Positions 36,245 to 48,247 of a DNA stretch of 52,130 nt are shown here, piece by piece. Under the pieces are notes generated by a model, which saw only the letters and a list, made by a program, of their open reading frames with translations, did no database searches and was not told the origin of the DNA. Source of the stretch: Octopus bimaculoides (Eukaryota). The stretch spans positions 26,375,595-26,427,724 of the forward strand of contig NC_068982.1 in the NCBI RefSeq assembly GCF_001194135.2, written 5' to 3'. How positions within the stretch are numbered: the first letter of the stretch is position 1; every line of letters starts with the position of its first letter. A program made the position numbers and the translations under genes.

Positions 36245-36384
36245 CATACATACACACATACATATAGGCGTAAGGACATACATACGCGCGCGCGTGTGCA
36301 TGTGGATAGGCATATGCGTATGCGAGAGAGTTTTCTTGGTCTTTTTTTTTTCCAATTTGTCACCAGTGACGAGTGACTTTTTAG

Positions 36385-37130
36385 CATAATCTTGCCCGGC
36401 GTTCTTTTCCTTCGGTTCTGCTTTTCTTCATTAGCAAGCCTCAGTCTTTCCCGACCACATCTTTTTAAATCTTCTCATAGTTCCAATCTCCTGCGGAAAT
36501 GATCATCAGTGATATCCTCTCACTTTTCAACGTTCAAGTAATCTTTGATAGTAAAAAGGAGACGTTCTTGCTTGTGTTGCGTTACCGGAGATCAGTTTAG
36601 CATGCAATACGTCCATTGAGATCCTCCAATCTAGAACGCAGTGTACAAGGCCCAGCTATCGAAGACATTATAACCGTAGAATGAAAAATCTAGTGACTTG
36701 GTCAATTCATTTGATGTTCAGTATCCCTCTCAGGCTGCGCATGTGGAAGACTTCGAGATACTGCTCTTCTCTATAATAGATGCGACAGATCTCTGCTATA
36801 ATGCACTGTGGTGTGAATGAAAGTTTTGTAGGCTGCAATTTGTTCACCCAGATTTTCGTTGTCTGCCAAGCTAGCGTTGAGGTTGCTCTTCCAAAGCATC
36901 TGTTGCTTCCAGACACTATAGCGTTGCTTGTGATGGTGGAACCAATGTATATAAAGTTGTGAACCACCTCCAGCTTGCAGTTTTTGCTGGTTATGGTTAG
37001 AGAGTGTTCAACACATTCACCCATCAATTTTCTCTTCCCTAGACTAATGTTCAAGCCAAAAACTTCACAAGCACTTGAGAGACTGTCTATGAAGGATTTA
37101 AGTTGCATCTCTCAGACTGTTACTTATTTC
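36385..37130 (-). mobile_element. RTE-clade LINE, RT C-terminal part
   Basis: SACEVFGLNISLGKRKLMG...LEVVHNFIYIGSTITSN...EVFHMRSLRGILNIK, then a degenerate RLRWLGHV-like motif. Confidence 0.85.
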
Positions 37131-37534
37131 GCACTCAGTCGAGACATACTGAGCAGTTTACTGCATACATATATAAAACGAATTCTATTTCTTCCATGGC
37201 GAATCTGCTTTCTTTATACACTTCTGTCATTGCCATTCTTCGCTTTGCATTTCTATACTTTTTCAGTCACATACATGTCACATACATGTCACTCCGATAC
37301 GGCCTTTGTGTTTGTTATATTACCATGTTATACATGAAGAGACAACCTACACAAGCCGTACGTCATCTTTCTTCTGCACAATTCTCTCTATGTAGAATCC
37401 TTTGTCATGTCACCAACACATCTACTTACATGTACATGTGCGCATGCACACACATACACACACACACATACACACATACACACACACACACACATTCATA
37501 TAGATGTGTGCGTGTGTCTGTGTTGGAGTTTGTA

Positions 37535-38760
37535 TAATGGGTGTGTCAAAATTACCTTCACACTTCAGTGGAAAAACCTTTATTCAACACAATGAATAAA
37601 CTAGTTTTTATCATATACGGATTACTTAACTTTTTACCGAACAGTCAATTGGAAACACTCTATATGTGAGTGTGTGTATGTAACTGCGTGTGTATGTATG
37701 TGTGTTTGTTTTATGTAACACTTTTAATACTCTAATGCAGAATTTTTTGCAAATAGATGGCACCACATCTGTAAATCTTACCGTGCGTTAAATTACGTCA
37801 CAAACTCACTTGATGCCCGGTTTCTCTTTCATCTTACTCTTAACGAGAAAGAAGACAGAAGACGTTAGATCAGGCAAACGAGGAAGGTGTTGTAAATCCC
37901 AAATATTCCAAGCCATCTTTATGAAGCGTATCATCACAGAAATTGCTTACAATTCACGTAAACTGCCAAAGTACACAATGCTACTAAGAAAATACCTCGC
38001 GCTTCATATTGTCAGTTAAACTTTTTATATATTGCAGGACTTAAGAAATGAAAGCACTTTTCAGAATTTCCTGCATGAGTATCAGCAAATATGTTCCAAT
38101 TACAGAAACGCAAAAATTACTTTTCTGCGGGGAACATTCATGCTCAAGAGTTATTTTCTCTAACATCACCATTCTCCCACCAAAATTCTGTGTATCGGTT
38201 CGCACGAGCGCAAGTGACAAAAGTAAGGTCGTCATTAAAGTCCACCGGATTTATAATGTGAGATTCAACGTTTGCCGTTTCTACTAAAACCTGGTAGCGT
38301 TCTACTCGAACACGTTTCCGATATTTTTTCAATGCTTGCACGACTTTGGACATGATGTGGGCGCACCCTGAAATAATACGATAAACTTATTTACAAAGTT
38401 TCATGTAACATCTCTGTCTCCAAAGTGTGGTGTTTAGTAAATTTTCAAGGACTATATGGTATTGTTTGTTGAACATCGCAAATGTTCGTTTCAAATCTAC
38501 CTAATCAAAGATGAAACATTTCTTTTCTAGTAGTACCCAACTAAACCAGACTGAACAAACTTTTCGTACGTATGATAAATCGTTAAACGGTTTCCTGAAG
38601 CTTGTTGAAATTGTTTTTGGAGGGTCTTGAGAAGTAGGGTGGGAGAATGGGACACTTTCATAAGGCTTACCACCAATCTCCTGTCTTCTAAAGTTAACCA
38701 GTTTCCCATTGTATATTAAAAAAATAAATATGAATGTCTTTTCCATTAAAATGTTAATGT
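37535..38760 (-). mobile_element. Decayed, near full-length Tc1/mariner element
   Basis: N-terminal HTH MGNWLTLEDRRLVVSLM...RLTIYHTYEKFVQSGLV (ATG at 38709); a WPPRSPDL-like remnant (LPRLPDLTSSVFFL) near 37850-37890; TIR-like GGGTGTGTCAAAATTACC at about 37539. Confidence 0.75.
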
Positions 38761-39940
38761 AATTCTCTCGCGCGCGCTCTTTCTTTCACTCTCTCTCTTT
38801 CATTCTCTCTCTTTCACTCTTTGTCACTCTCTCCCTCCCTCTCCCTCCCCCTCTCTCTTCTCACGCGCACTCAAACACACGCTCATGGACACATTTAATA
38901 CGCAGGCAGTCACATGAATTCATGTACTGAAACTTGCGCACCCATACACACACCCACATACACACATATATATACATTATGCATATGCATATATACATAT
39001 AAATACATACACAGGTATATTCATATNNNNNNNNNNNNNNNNNNNNNNNNNNNNNNNNNNNNNNNNNNNNNNNNNNNNNNNNNNNNNNNNNNNNNNNNNN
39101 NNNNNNNNNNNNNNNNNNNNNNNNNNNNNNNNNNNNNNNNNNNNNNNNNNNNNNNNNNNNNNNNNNNNNNNNNNNNNNNNNNNNNNNNNNNNNNNNNNNN
39201 NNNNNNNNNNNNNNNNNNNNNNNNNNNNNNNNNNNNNNNNNNNNNNNNNNNNNNNNNNNNNNNNNNNNNNNNNNNNNNNNNNNNNNNNNNNNNNNNNNNN
39301 NNNNNNNNNNNNNNNNNNNNNNNNNNNNNNNNNNNNNNNNNNNNNNNNNNNNNNNNNNNNNNNNNNNNNNNNNNNNNNNNNNNNNNNNNNNNNNNNNNNN
39401 NNNNNNNNNNNNNNNNNNNNNNNNNNNNNNNNNNNNNNNNNNNNNNNNNNNNNNNNNNNNNNNNNNNNNNNNNNNNNNNNNNNNNNNNNNNNNNNNNNNN
39501 NNNNNNNNNNNNNNNNNNNNNNNNNNNNNNNNNNNNNNNNNNNNNNATATATATATATATATATATATACATATATATGCATATATATAATATATATGTG
39601 TGTGTTGTGTGTGTGTATGTACGTAAGTATGTATGTGTGTATTTACGATATACACTCCATATTCCATATTCTGAAGTTGATACGGTTGACAACCATTTCT
39701 AAATATATGAACTGCAATTTGTTATTATTGTTGTTTATTTTGTGTATTTTGGAATTTTATTTTATTTATTTAGTATTTTATTTTTCGTAACCTATAGAAT
39801 TACAGTGTCAATAACTGGATCGTGATTACAAGACTAAAAAGGATTCTGTTATCCAAATCGCACCGTGTTTACTCTTTCACCTCTGGTATCATCAAGTCAG
39901 TATAGACTAATATGTACGAATGCCGACTGCACTTAATTTT

Positions 39941-40275
39941 CTATGCCCTCTTCTCCACATTCTCTACTTCCTCTTCAGCCTTCTTCATTTCTTCACTCAG
40001 TTCCTCCCCATCATCATACTCACTACGATCATTGTGGTTATCATCATCGTCATCGTCGTCAACGCCTTCGTCATCGGCGTCGAACTCGTCCCTTTCGTCT
40101 TCGTTGTTATCGTCATCATTATTATCTTTGTCGCTTTCGTCATCATCACCAACCCCACCAGAACCATCATTATCATCATCATGACCATCATTATCGTCGT
40201 CGTCGTCGTCGTCGTCGTCATAGACCTCCTCGTCGTCGTCATAGTCCTCCTCGTCGTCGTCTTCTTTTAACGTTT
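39941..40275. repeat. Degenerate TCA/TCG/TCT triplet low-complexity block
   Basis: Mixed triplets held in one phase; the antisense frame reads Asp/Glu-rich. Confidence 0.85.
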
Positions 40276-40751
40276 AGTTTTCCATTTTTGCTTAAGTCAG
40301 ATCGCATTTATTAAAGCATATTTACTCCGTCAGAATGTCCTTCCTTTCGCCAATCCCCCAAACAATCTTATTTCCTCCCATAACTGGACATATATTCTAG
40401 AAAATCAGAAGTGAATGACACCGCTTATATGACGGTGAGCACTTTTTTACACCTATTACGGTATATCAAGAAGAAACACAGTCACAAGGCTCTGATCAGG
40501 CCAAGGCAGGAAACTGTCACCGCTGCGGCCATGCAGTGACACGGAATCCGAAAATACATGCTTGGAAATCAAACTTCATAACTACGTCCCCGTCTGTGCA
40601 ACTTTTCTCTGCGATTGTCAACTTCGCTTTTCATTATCCTTTCGTGTTCGATAAAATGAGTATTAGTACTACACTAGGCCCATTTTTTAAATTATATCTA
40701 CCCTAAAAATTTGTGATGTTTTAAAACAATTAAACCTAACGTATAATTTGC

Positions 40752-40752
<1 letters not shown>

Positions 40753-40817
<65 letters not shown>

Positions 40818-40925
40818 CAGACACATACACATACATACATACATACATACCTACATACATACATACATAAATACATACATACATACATACATACATACAT
40901 ACATACATACATAAATACATACATA
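40753..40925. repeat. (GATA)n switching to (CATA)n
   Basis: Directly visible. Confidence 0.95.
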
Positions 40926-40974
40926 CATAAATTCATATGATCTCTCACAAACGCATACACATATATATTATTTT

Positions 40975-41160
40975 ATTCTTTTATTTGTTTCAGTCATTTG
41001 AGTGCGGCCTTGCTGGAGCACTGCCTTTAGTCAAACAAATTGGCCTCAGTACTTATTATTGGTAAGCTTGGTACTTGTTCTATCAGTCATGGGAACGTAA
41101 ACACACCATTAACGGATGTCAAGCGATGTTGGGGTAGGGGACAACCACAGACACACAAAT
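40975..41160 (-). mobile_element. SINE family B 3' half
   Basis: TTTCAGTCATTTGAGTGCGGCCTTGCTGGAGCACTGCCTTTAGTC...GTCAAGCGATG...GGGGACAACCACAGACACAC. Confidence 0.75.
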
Positions 41161-41489
41161 GCATGCAACCTTTTCAATAGTCATTTACTCTGTTCATTAT
41201 CGGAGCTGTGTTCTTTTTGTTTGTTTCTTTGTTTATTTGTGCCCATGTGTGCGTCAGTGTGCAAGTGTATACACATCTGTATGTATGTATGCATGTCTAT
41301 GCATGTATGTATGTGTGTGTGTGTGTGTGTACGTTTGTATGTATTCTGCATATTCATGTGTTTGTGTATTCATGTTTGTGTGTTTGTATGTGCACGTGTA
41401 TTTGTGTGTGTGTAGCTCTGTCTCCTTGTGTACGCTTGTTTACGTGTGTCTATGGACGTGCATCCGTTATGTATGTATGTGTGCATAGA

Positions 41490-41737
41490 GGGTGCTTGTA
41501 AAGACAAGAACATGATATACATAGGTGAAACACCTAGTAGATTATTTGAGACAATATGAGGACAGAAAACAGTCCTCCATACTTTACCAATATGCAAAAG
41601 CCCATCGTGGAGGCACACTGGGTCAACTTGACATCGCCATTTTACCCAAGCACCCAAAGTCCCCAACACTCAGACAAATACAGGAGTACGTCCTCATAAA
41701 TGAAGCATTCCCAGTACTAAATAGGAAATATATGTAG
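41490..41737 (+). mobile_element. PLE GIY-YIG endonuclease relic (third subtype)
   Basis: CKDKNMIYIGETPSRLFE, then frameshifted SILYQYAKAHRGG...LRQIQEYVLINEAFPVLNRK. Confidence 0.75.
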
Positions 41738-41813
41738 AAGGTAGTCATACCCCAATACCCACAGTTTATATATATATACATAGGTAGAGTTGTTAGTAGG
41801 CTGTTATGTATAT

Positions 41814-41887
<74 letters not shown>

Positions 41888-42151
41888 AAATAGATAGATA
41901 GGTACATAGGTAATACGGACAGGTAAGCACACACATACACATATACACACACACAACGACACATATGGAGACACACATCCATATATAACAGACGCACGTA
42001 CATAGTCACACACACCTATACACATAGACACACTCAAACATGCACACACAATGAGACACGCACATTCAAACACACATGCACACATACAAACACAAACACA
42101 TGAATATGCACAATACATGCATACATACACATACATGCATACATGCATACA

Positions 42152-42185
<34 letters not shown>

Positions 42186-42299
42186 CATACATACATACAT
42201 ACATACATGCATACATACATACATACCCGTATACACATGAACACTGACGCACACACATGCGTACAAACAAACACCAAAAAGACCGCAGCTATGATAACG

Positions 42300-43140
42300 G
42301 ACAGATTCAACGACTATTGACAAGTTTGCAAGACGCAACGAAAATTTTAGAAAAACTAAATAAATGAATGGAAATCGAATCGGTGAGTGTGTTGATTAAT
42401 AATAAAGCACTAAAAGAAGATATCTCTCTCCAGACACAATAATATATGCTTTAGCACACGAATTCACATATAAAATCTTGCAAACCAAATACAAAAACGA
42501 AATAAAATAAGCTTTGGCCAAGCTAGCAAAACACTGAAGAACACTGTGTTCTGCTGTCTAGAAATCAAAGTAGCTACTTGAGAGCTCCACTTCATTAAAA
42601 CATGCATTTCCCCCAGGCTATACACGAAATCTGTTAATTCGGCCTTCAAGCGGCTAGGACTCGCAGACCATCAAACAAGAAAACTAAAACACACGATATT
42701 ACTAAACATCAAAAAGGAAATATACCCAGAAATCAACCAGTATCAGAAACGGAAGAGGGTCCTACTGCATGAACTGATAAACACCACTACACCACGGGAA
42801 AGAGACAGATTCGTAACAGACATCCAACAAGAATACCATCGAGTAAACCATGCCTGAGACAAATATTTTAACAACAAACTCAAGTGAATGAAATAGCAAC
42901 AACAACGATCTCAGCATGGTAAGTATCAATACACATATCCAAACAATATCGACCACCACCAACAACGACAATAACAACGACAATAACAACAACAACAATT
43001 ACACCCCCGGAATATACGGTGTGGTACAGATAGATACGGATGAAAAGCATGCCGTAGAGTTACCACCGAAATTCGTTACATATCAGGAGGTCAGAAAAAT
43101 TGATCGTCTGTCTGAGATTGAAAAAAAAAAAACCTTCTAA
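42300..43140 (+). mobile_element. Possible PLE N-terminal-region relic
   Basis: Broken frames ending VELPPKFVTYQEVRKIDRLSEIEK, similar to the L.LGPKF...E.EK stretch upstream of PLE RTs. Confidence 0.4.
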
Positions 43141-43149
43141 ATAATAAGA

Positions 43150-43476
43150 CGGAGGTTGAGACAATACAACATACAAAACCAAAACAACTACAATAACAAT
43201 AGCAATATTAATGACGACAACAGTAGTGACAATAACAATAACAACAATGATAAGAACAGCATCCCCAACACAAACAATTATAATAACAACAACACAAACA
43301 TACGAAACGAAAACAACAACAATTATAACAACAATAGCGATGATAATAACAACGAGGAAAACGATAACAGCAGCACCCCACACACAGACAACAATACCAA
43401 CCACAACATCCACACCGCCACCAACATCAACACCACTCACAGCAATAACAACAATGAACACAACACAAGCACTACC

Positions 43477-43508
<32 letters not shown>

Positions 43509-43560
43509 CAACAATGCTAGTAACCATAACAACAACCACACCGATAGTAACACCAGTAGC
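43150..43560. repeat. Degenerate (AAC/AAT/ACC)n low-complexity block
   Basis: Directly visible. Confidence 0.9.
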
Positions 43561-44380
43561 ACGCTACACTCTGTCTTCTATAATCTCAACAACAAATCAT
43601 ACGACATGACGAGGATCTACCCCACAGACTAACCCCTCAATAAAAAGGTATGTATCCCACCACAGATTGACAAGCGTACCTTCCATTGTCATCTAAAATT
43701 TTACCCCATTAACGAATCACTGCCTTTGCTCATTGCATTCTCCATTATAGTTTTATATTTCATTTTTGTTTTAATCATTGATATAACTAAGTTTAAGGAC
43801 TCCCTCACATAAGCCTGACATTCGCCAGCTCCATTTCAACTCAACGTTCAAATTTTATGTTCAGAGTGATACTACTCTCTTGGCGCCATAAATGAATTTT
43901 CAGCACTTTAAATAGCAGAGAGTTTGTTTTTACTTATGATAGATAAAAATTGTTATCAATCTAGGTGCATGTTAAAGTATAGTTTCTTGCGCTTTATCAT
44001 AATTTGATTTTCTAGGAAAACATTTTGGCATTTTTGCGAAACAAAAACTCCCGTTTATCTTTATGGAGCAGCAGACAGTAAGACAGAAAGAAGGTAGTCC
44101 AGATTTTATTTATTTTTTATTTTTCATTTTAAGCTTCTGCAGATCGCTTGCAATATACTTTTTATTTTACTTTCTCATTTATCCAATATTCTCTATGGAA
44201 AGAAAACAAAATTAAAGAAGTGAAGTAACAAAAGAAAGGATTATACAACACAGACAGAGAATGAGAGAAGAATAAGGACAGGAAATAAGACAGTATAAGA
44301 TAAGACAAACGACTAAGACGAGTTATTATGACAGCAGAAAGGTGCAAGTTACATATAATATCGAAGAGAAAGTCAACAGC

Positions 44381-44778
44381 CATGGCTGTGTGGTAAGAAA
44401 TTTGCTTTCCAGCCACATAGTATCTAGTTCAGTGCTACTGCGAGCCATCTTCGCCAAGTTTTTCTACTATAATCTTGGGCTGACTAAAGCCTTGTAAGTG
44501 GTTTTGGCGGATAGAAACTGAAAGATGCCCACCGTGTATATACAGGCATATATATAGTGAGCATGTGTGTGTGTTCGAGCTTGTATTTGTCCGCACACAA
44601 CTGCTTAACGACTGATGTTGGTTTCTTTACATCACTGTAATTTAGTGGAAGAGACCAATAGAATACGTATCAGGCTTTAAAAGTAGGCACTGTCGTCGAT
44701 CCATTTCCTTAAACCCTCCAGGACCGTGCCTCAGCATGGCTGCAGTCCACCGATTGAAACATATAAAAAGGATAAAAG
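44381..44778 (+). mobile_element. tRNA-derived SINE family B, full length and diverged
   Basis: CATGGCTGTGTGGTAAGAAATTTGC...AAAGCCTTGTAAGTGG...CAGCATGGCTGCAGTC...GAAACATATAAAAGGATAAAAG. Confidence 0.8.
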
Positions 44779-45139
44779 ATACATGCGGAAATCATGGCCG
44801 TCAAACATAGAGGTGAATATGTGCGACAGTCTAGAGGGCGAGACAGAAGGCGATGAAAGGGGAGAAGTTTATGACATGTTCTTCCAAGAAGAAAACGTTA
44901 GAGATGATTTAATGCGACATCAAGATGTAAAAGATATATTTGTTTAGCACATTCTGGTGCCAGATTACTTTTCAATTTTTTCACATATTGAAATAGATTG
45001 CCTACCAAATTAAAGAAAGTTTATAAAATAAGCAATTTGTGCAACTGCCGTCACTTGTTATAACGATCCTGAGATCTTAAGGAATATATTGTCTCTAACA
45101 GAAGCTTAATTGTAAATAAATCCTAAACGGGGATATTAA

Positions 45140-45410
45140 TATAAACGTTGGACTCTTTCATCGCCTCGACAAGTAAGGATATAGCAGGTCACAGCTGCAC
45201 AGTTCTCTTCGTTCGATGTTTTGCCGTGTCTCTTATGTTGGAATTCACACCTATCAGGTATTTGCAGATCAAATTGCAGATGTTGAAGCAGTGGTCCCCA
45301 GCACAGAAAGTCTCCTTGTCAAAGCGCAACTGAGAAGGGCTAGCCATGTTGTACGCAAGTAAGACACTCACATAAAACCTACTAGGGTCAACTTATCTCA
45401 AGTGCCAGGT
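45140..45410 (+). mobile_element. RTE-clade LINE post-RT fragment
   Basis: ESLLVKAQLRRASHVVR, corresponding to the K.QLRWAGHV.R motif. Confidence 0.6.
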
Positions 45411-45443
45411 ACCAAGAATGCCCACTGTCTATCTATCTAGCTT

Positions 45444-45480
<37 letters not shown>

Positions 45481-46090
45481 ACCCACTTATATATATGTAT
45501 ATACATACAAGTACATTTGTCAGACCCCTTAATGACTGCTACAAAGCAGGAAAGTATACTAGCCCCTATATATATATTTAATACTCAATATTTCATATAT
45601 TCAATAAGACATTCAATACTTCTTTTCATTTTACTATTTATATTATATATTCCATATTCTATATCCCACATTAATTTTATACGAATATAAATAAAACATA
45701 AAAAACAGATATAGTTGCAACTCTTTTAAATAATATATTCCTCTATACACTATCATACAAACCCCTTTTTTATTTTCTTATTTTTATTTATATATANNNN
45801 NNNNNNNNNNNNNNNNNNNNNNNNNNNNNNNNNNNNNNNNNNNNNNNNNNNNNNNNNNNNNNNNNNNNNNNNNNNNNNNNNNNNNNNNNNNNNNNNNNNN
45901 NNNNNNNNNNNNNNNNNNNNNNTATACACACACACACGCACATATATATATATGCATGCATGTATATATATGTATAAATATATATATTATATATATATAT
46001 ACATATATATTATATTATGTGCAAGTGTTGGCGCCCTCGTGTACATATTACAGGCGTACGTTGTGAATGTATGTATGAATATATGCGTGC

Positions 46091-46145
<55 letters not shown>

Positions 46146-46887
46146 CATACATACATACATACATACATACATACATACATACATGCATACATATATGTAT
46201 ACTTCTGTACGCGCCAGTAGGTCATTGACACGGACATGCGGTTGGAAAGAATATGCTTCAGCTAAATCTTGGTTCAATATAATGATACTAGAAACAAAAT
46301 GATGCTATCACTTTAGATTGTTTAATTATGCGAAAAATAGCGAAGAATATAGAGAGATAAAAGTAGAAAGGGGAAAAGACATAGAATGAGAGATACAGAG
46401 AGCAAAAAGAAGAGAGAGAAATGGAAGAAAAGGAAAAAAAGACGGTGAGTCAGTGAGAGCTATACAGAAGAGAAGTATCTTTAAGAAATGTAAAATCTAG
46501 ATAACTATTATGTTTATATTATTAAGAATTCTCGATTTCTTTGGACTGTTTGGATATATACGTCGTGGTTATATTAATGCTTCTACTAGTGGTGATGGAG
46601 ATAATGGCTATTATAAGACGAGTGTGGCGGCGGCAGAGATGTTGAAGGACAGATTATTTCCGTAAATACGGCTTTACATCTAAAAATAGTTATATTATCA
46701 TGTGTTTGGAACGATGAACTAGCTAAATGTCAATATTCATGAACATACTAACACAGCTTGACATATACGCATATGTATATGTGAATTTATGTATGTATGT
46801 GCATGGAAATATTTACACGCGTGTGAATGTATGCATATGCATAAATACATAGATCGTAAAATTTATGCGGACGGTTTACGTATCTAC

Positions 46888-46920
<33 letters not shown>

Positions 46921-47000
46921 TTTCGTGGAGGGTAGTGGCGGACGGAAAACAAGACAGGAAAACGAAACGGTGAAATAAACAAACATACATATAAATATGC

Positions 47001-47003
<3 letters not shown>

Positions 47004-47092
<89 letters not shown>
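47004..47092. repeat. (GT)n microsatellite
   Basis: Directly visible. Confidence 0.95.
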
Positions 47093-47095
<3 letters not shown>

Positions 47096-47102
47096 TGAGT
47101 GT

Positions 47103-47900
47103 ATCACCTTGATCAACTTGTCCACCAGACTGACTGTCGGGCTTCGTTTCGACAGTGCTAGTCATAGTACATCGTCCATTCCTCTCTAGATCCTGCCTTC
47201 CTCATCCACGTAGCTCCAAACGTTTGTCGTATTTCGTAAACCTACCGTTTTCGAGGCCTTCCGTGAGGCCTCCTCCGCTTGCGGGAATACCACTCGACAA
47301 CTGCTCGAGTCCACCGATTGTCGGTGAACCGAGCGACTTGTCTAGCCCATCTAAACTTCTGCCTTCTATATTCTGTGATCATGTCTCTCACGCCAGATTT
47401 CTCTCTGATCGCTTCGCTTCGGATGTGCTCTTTTAGCGACACTCCCAACATCAATCTTTTCATGGCTCTTTGAGCAGTTAGCTCGTTGACCAGCCTTTCC
47501 TCCTGTCTCTTTGTCGTGACCCAAAATTGCAGGTGAAATTGTGCGGTTGGAGAGGTTGTCCTTTCTAGCTTTCCTTTGAGCACATCTTCGATGGAGTTGA
47601 ACGCTTTCCATCCGGCCCTTATTCTCCGCAAGATCTCCTTCATCTCCATTTCACAGCACATATTCACCTCTAGTCCAAGGTAGATATATTCCTCCACCAC
47701 CCCTTTTTCATCATCCCCAATCACTATTCGGCCTATTGGTGAATATTCAGACCCGCATGAACTTGGTTTTCATACAGTTCCTTTCCGGGCTTCTGACGTC
47801 CAGCTCCGTCAGTATAGCCCACGGACACGACGTACTGAGGCTGTCTGTATTCATTCGTTCGCTGAAGCAATTGGATCAGAGTGAATATATAATCTATCGT
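47103..47900 (-). mobile_element. 5'-truncated RTE-1-like LINE, including its 3' end
   Basis: VEEYIYLG...EILRRIRAGWKAF...AQRAMKRLMLGVSLKEHIRSEAIREKSGV...KFRWARQVARFTDNRWT...RPHGRPRKR; ends ...TTGATCAAGGTGAT. Confidence 0.9.
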
Positions 47901-48049
47901 GCTGTAGTTCTCCCGAAAGCCTGCTTGTTCTCTTGGTTGTTGTTCATCTAGATGTTTTGATAATCATATTTAGTTCTATATTTAAGAGATGAGGATTTAT
48001 GTACATTATTTACAATTGACGGATATTTTTCTTCATCTTGTTTTTTGTT

Positions 48050-48095
48050 AACACAACGTTTCGGCTGATATACCCTCCAGCCTTCATCAGGTGTC
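48050..48095 (-). ncRNA. Minimal type-I hammerhead ribozyme motif
   Basis: GACAC CTGATGA A GGCTG GAGGGTATAT CAGCC GAA AC GT T GTGTT: intact CUGAUGA/GAAA core, perfect 5-bp stem II, stem I of 4 Watson-Crick pairs + 1 GU, palindromic AACGTT in place of helix III. Confidence 0.75.
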
Positions 48096-48193
48096 TTGGG
48101 GGAATTTCGAACCTGAGTTCTCATTACTAAGGTATTTTTCGATATTATTATTATCATTATTATTATCATTATTACTATTCTGGTCGGTGTCTG

Positions 48194-48247
48194 GAATCGA
48201 ACTCGGAATCTTGGGATTAGTAGCCCGCGATCTTAACCACTACGCCA
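48194..48247 (-). promoter_or_regulatory. Internal RNA polymerase III promoter (box A 48237-48247, box B 48194-48204)
   Basis: TGGCGTAGTGG and GAGTTCGATTC at tRNA-like spacing. Confidence 0.7.

Noticed and set aside
141-47189. Dozens of ORFs rich in THTH, YIYI, CVCV, MYVC, LSLS or poly-I/N/Y
   Set aside because: They are translations of (CA)n, (AT)n, (ATGT)n, (CT)n and (ATT)n tracts, which lack stop codons in some frames; no coding evidence
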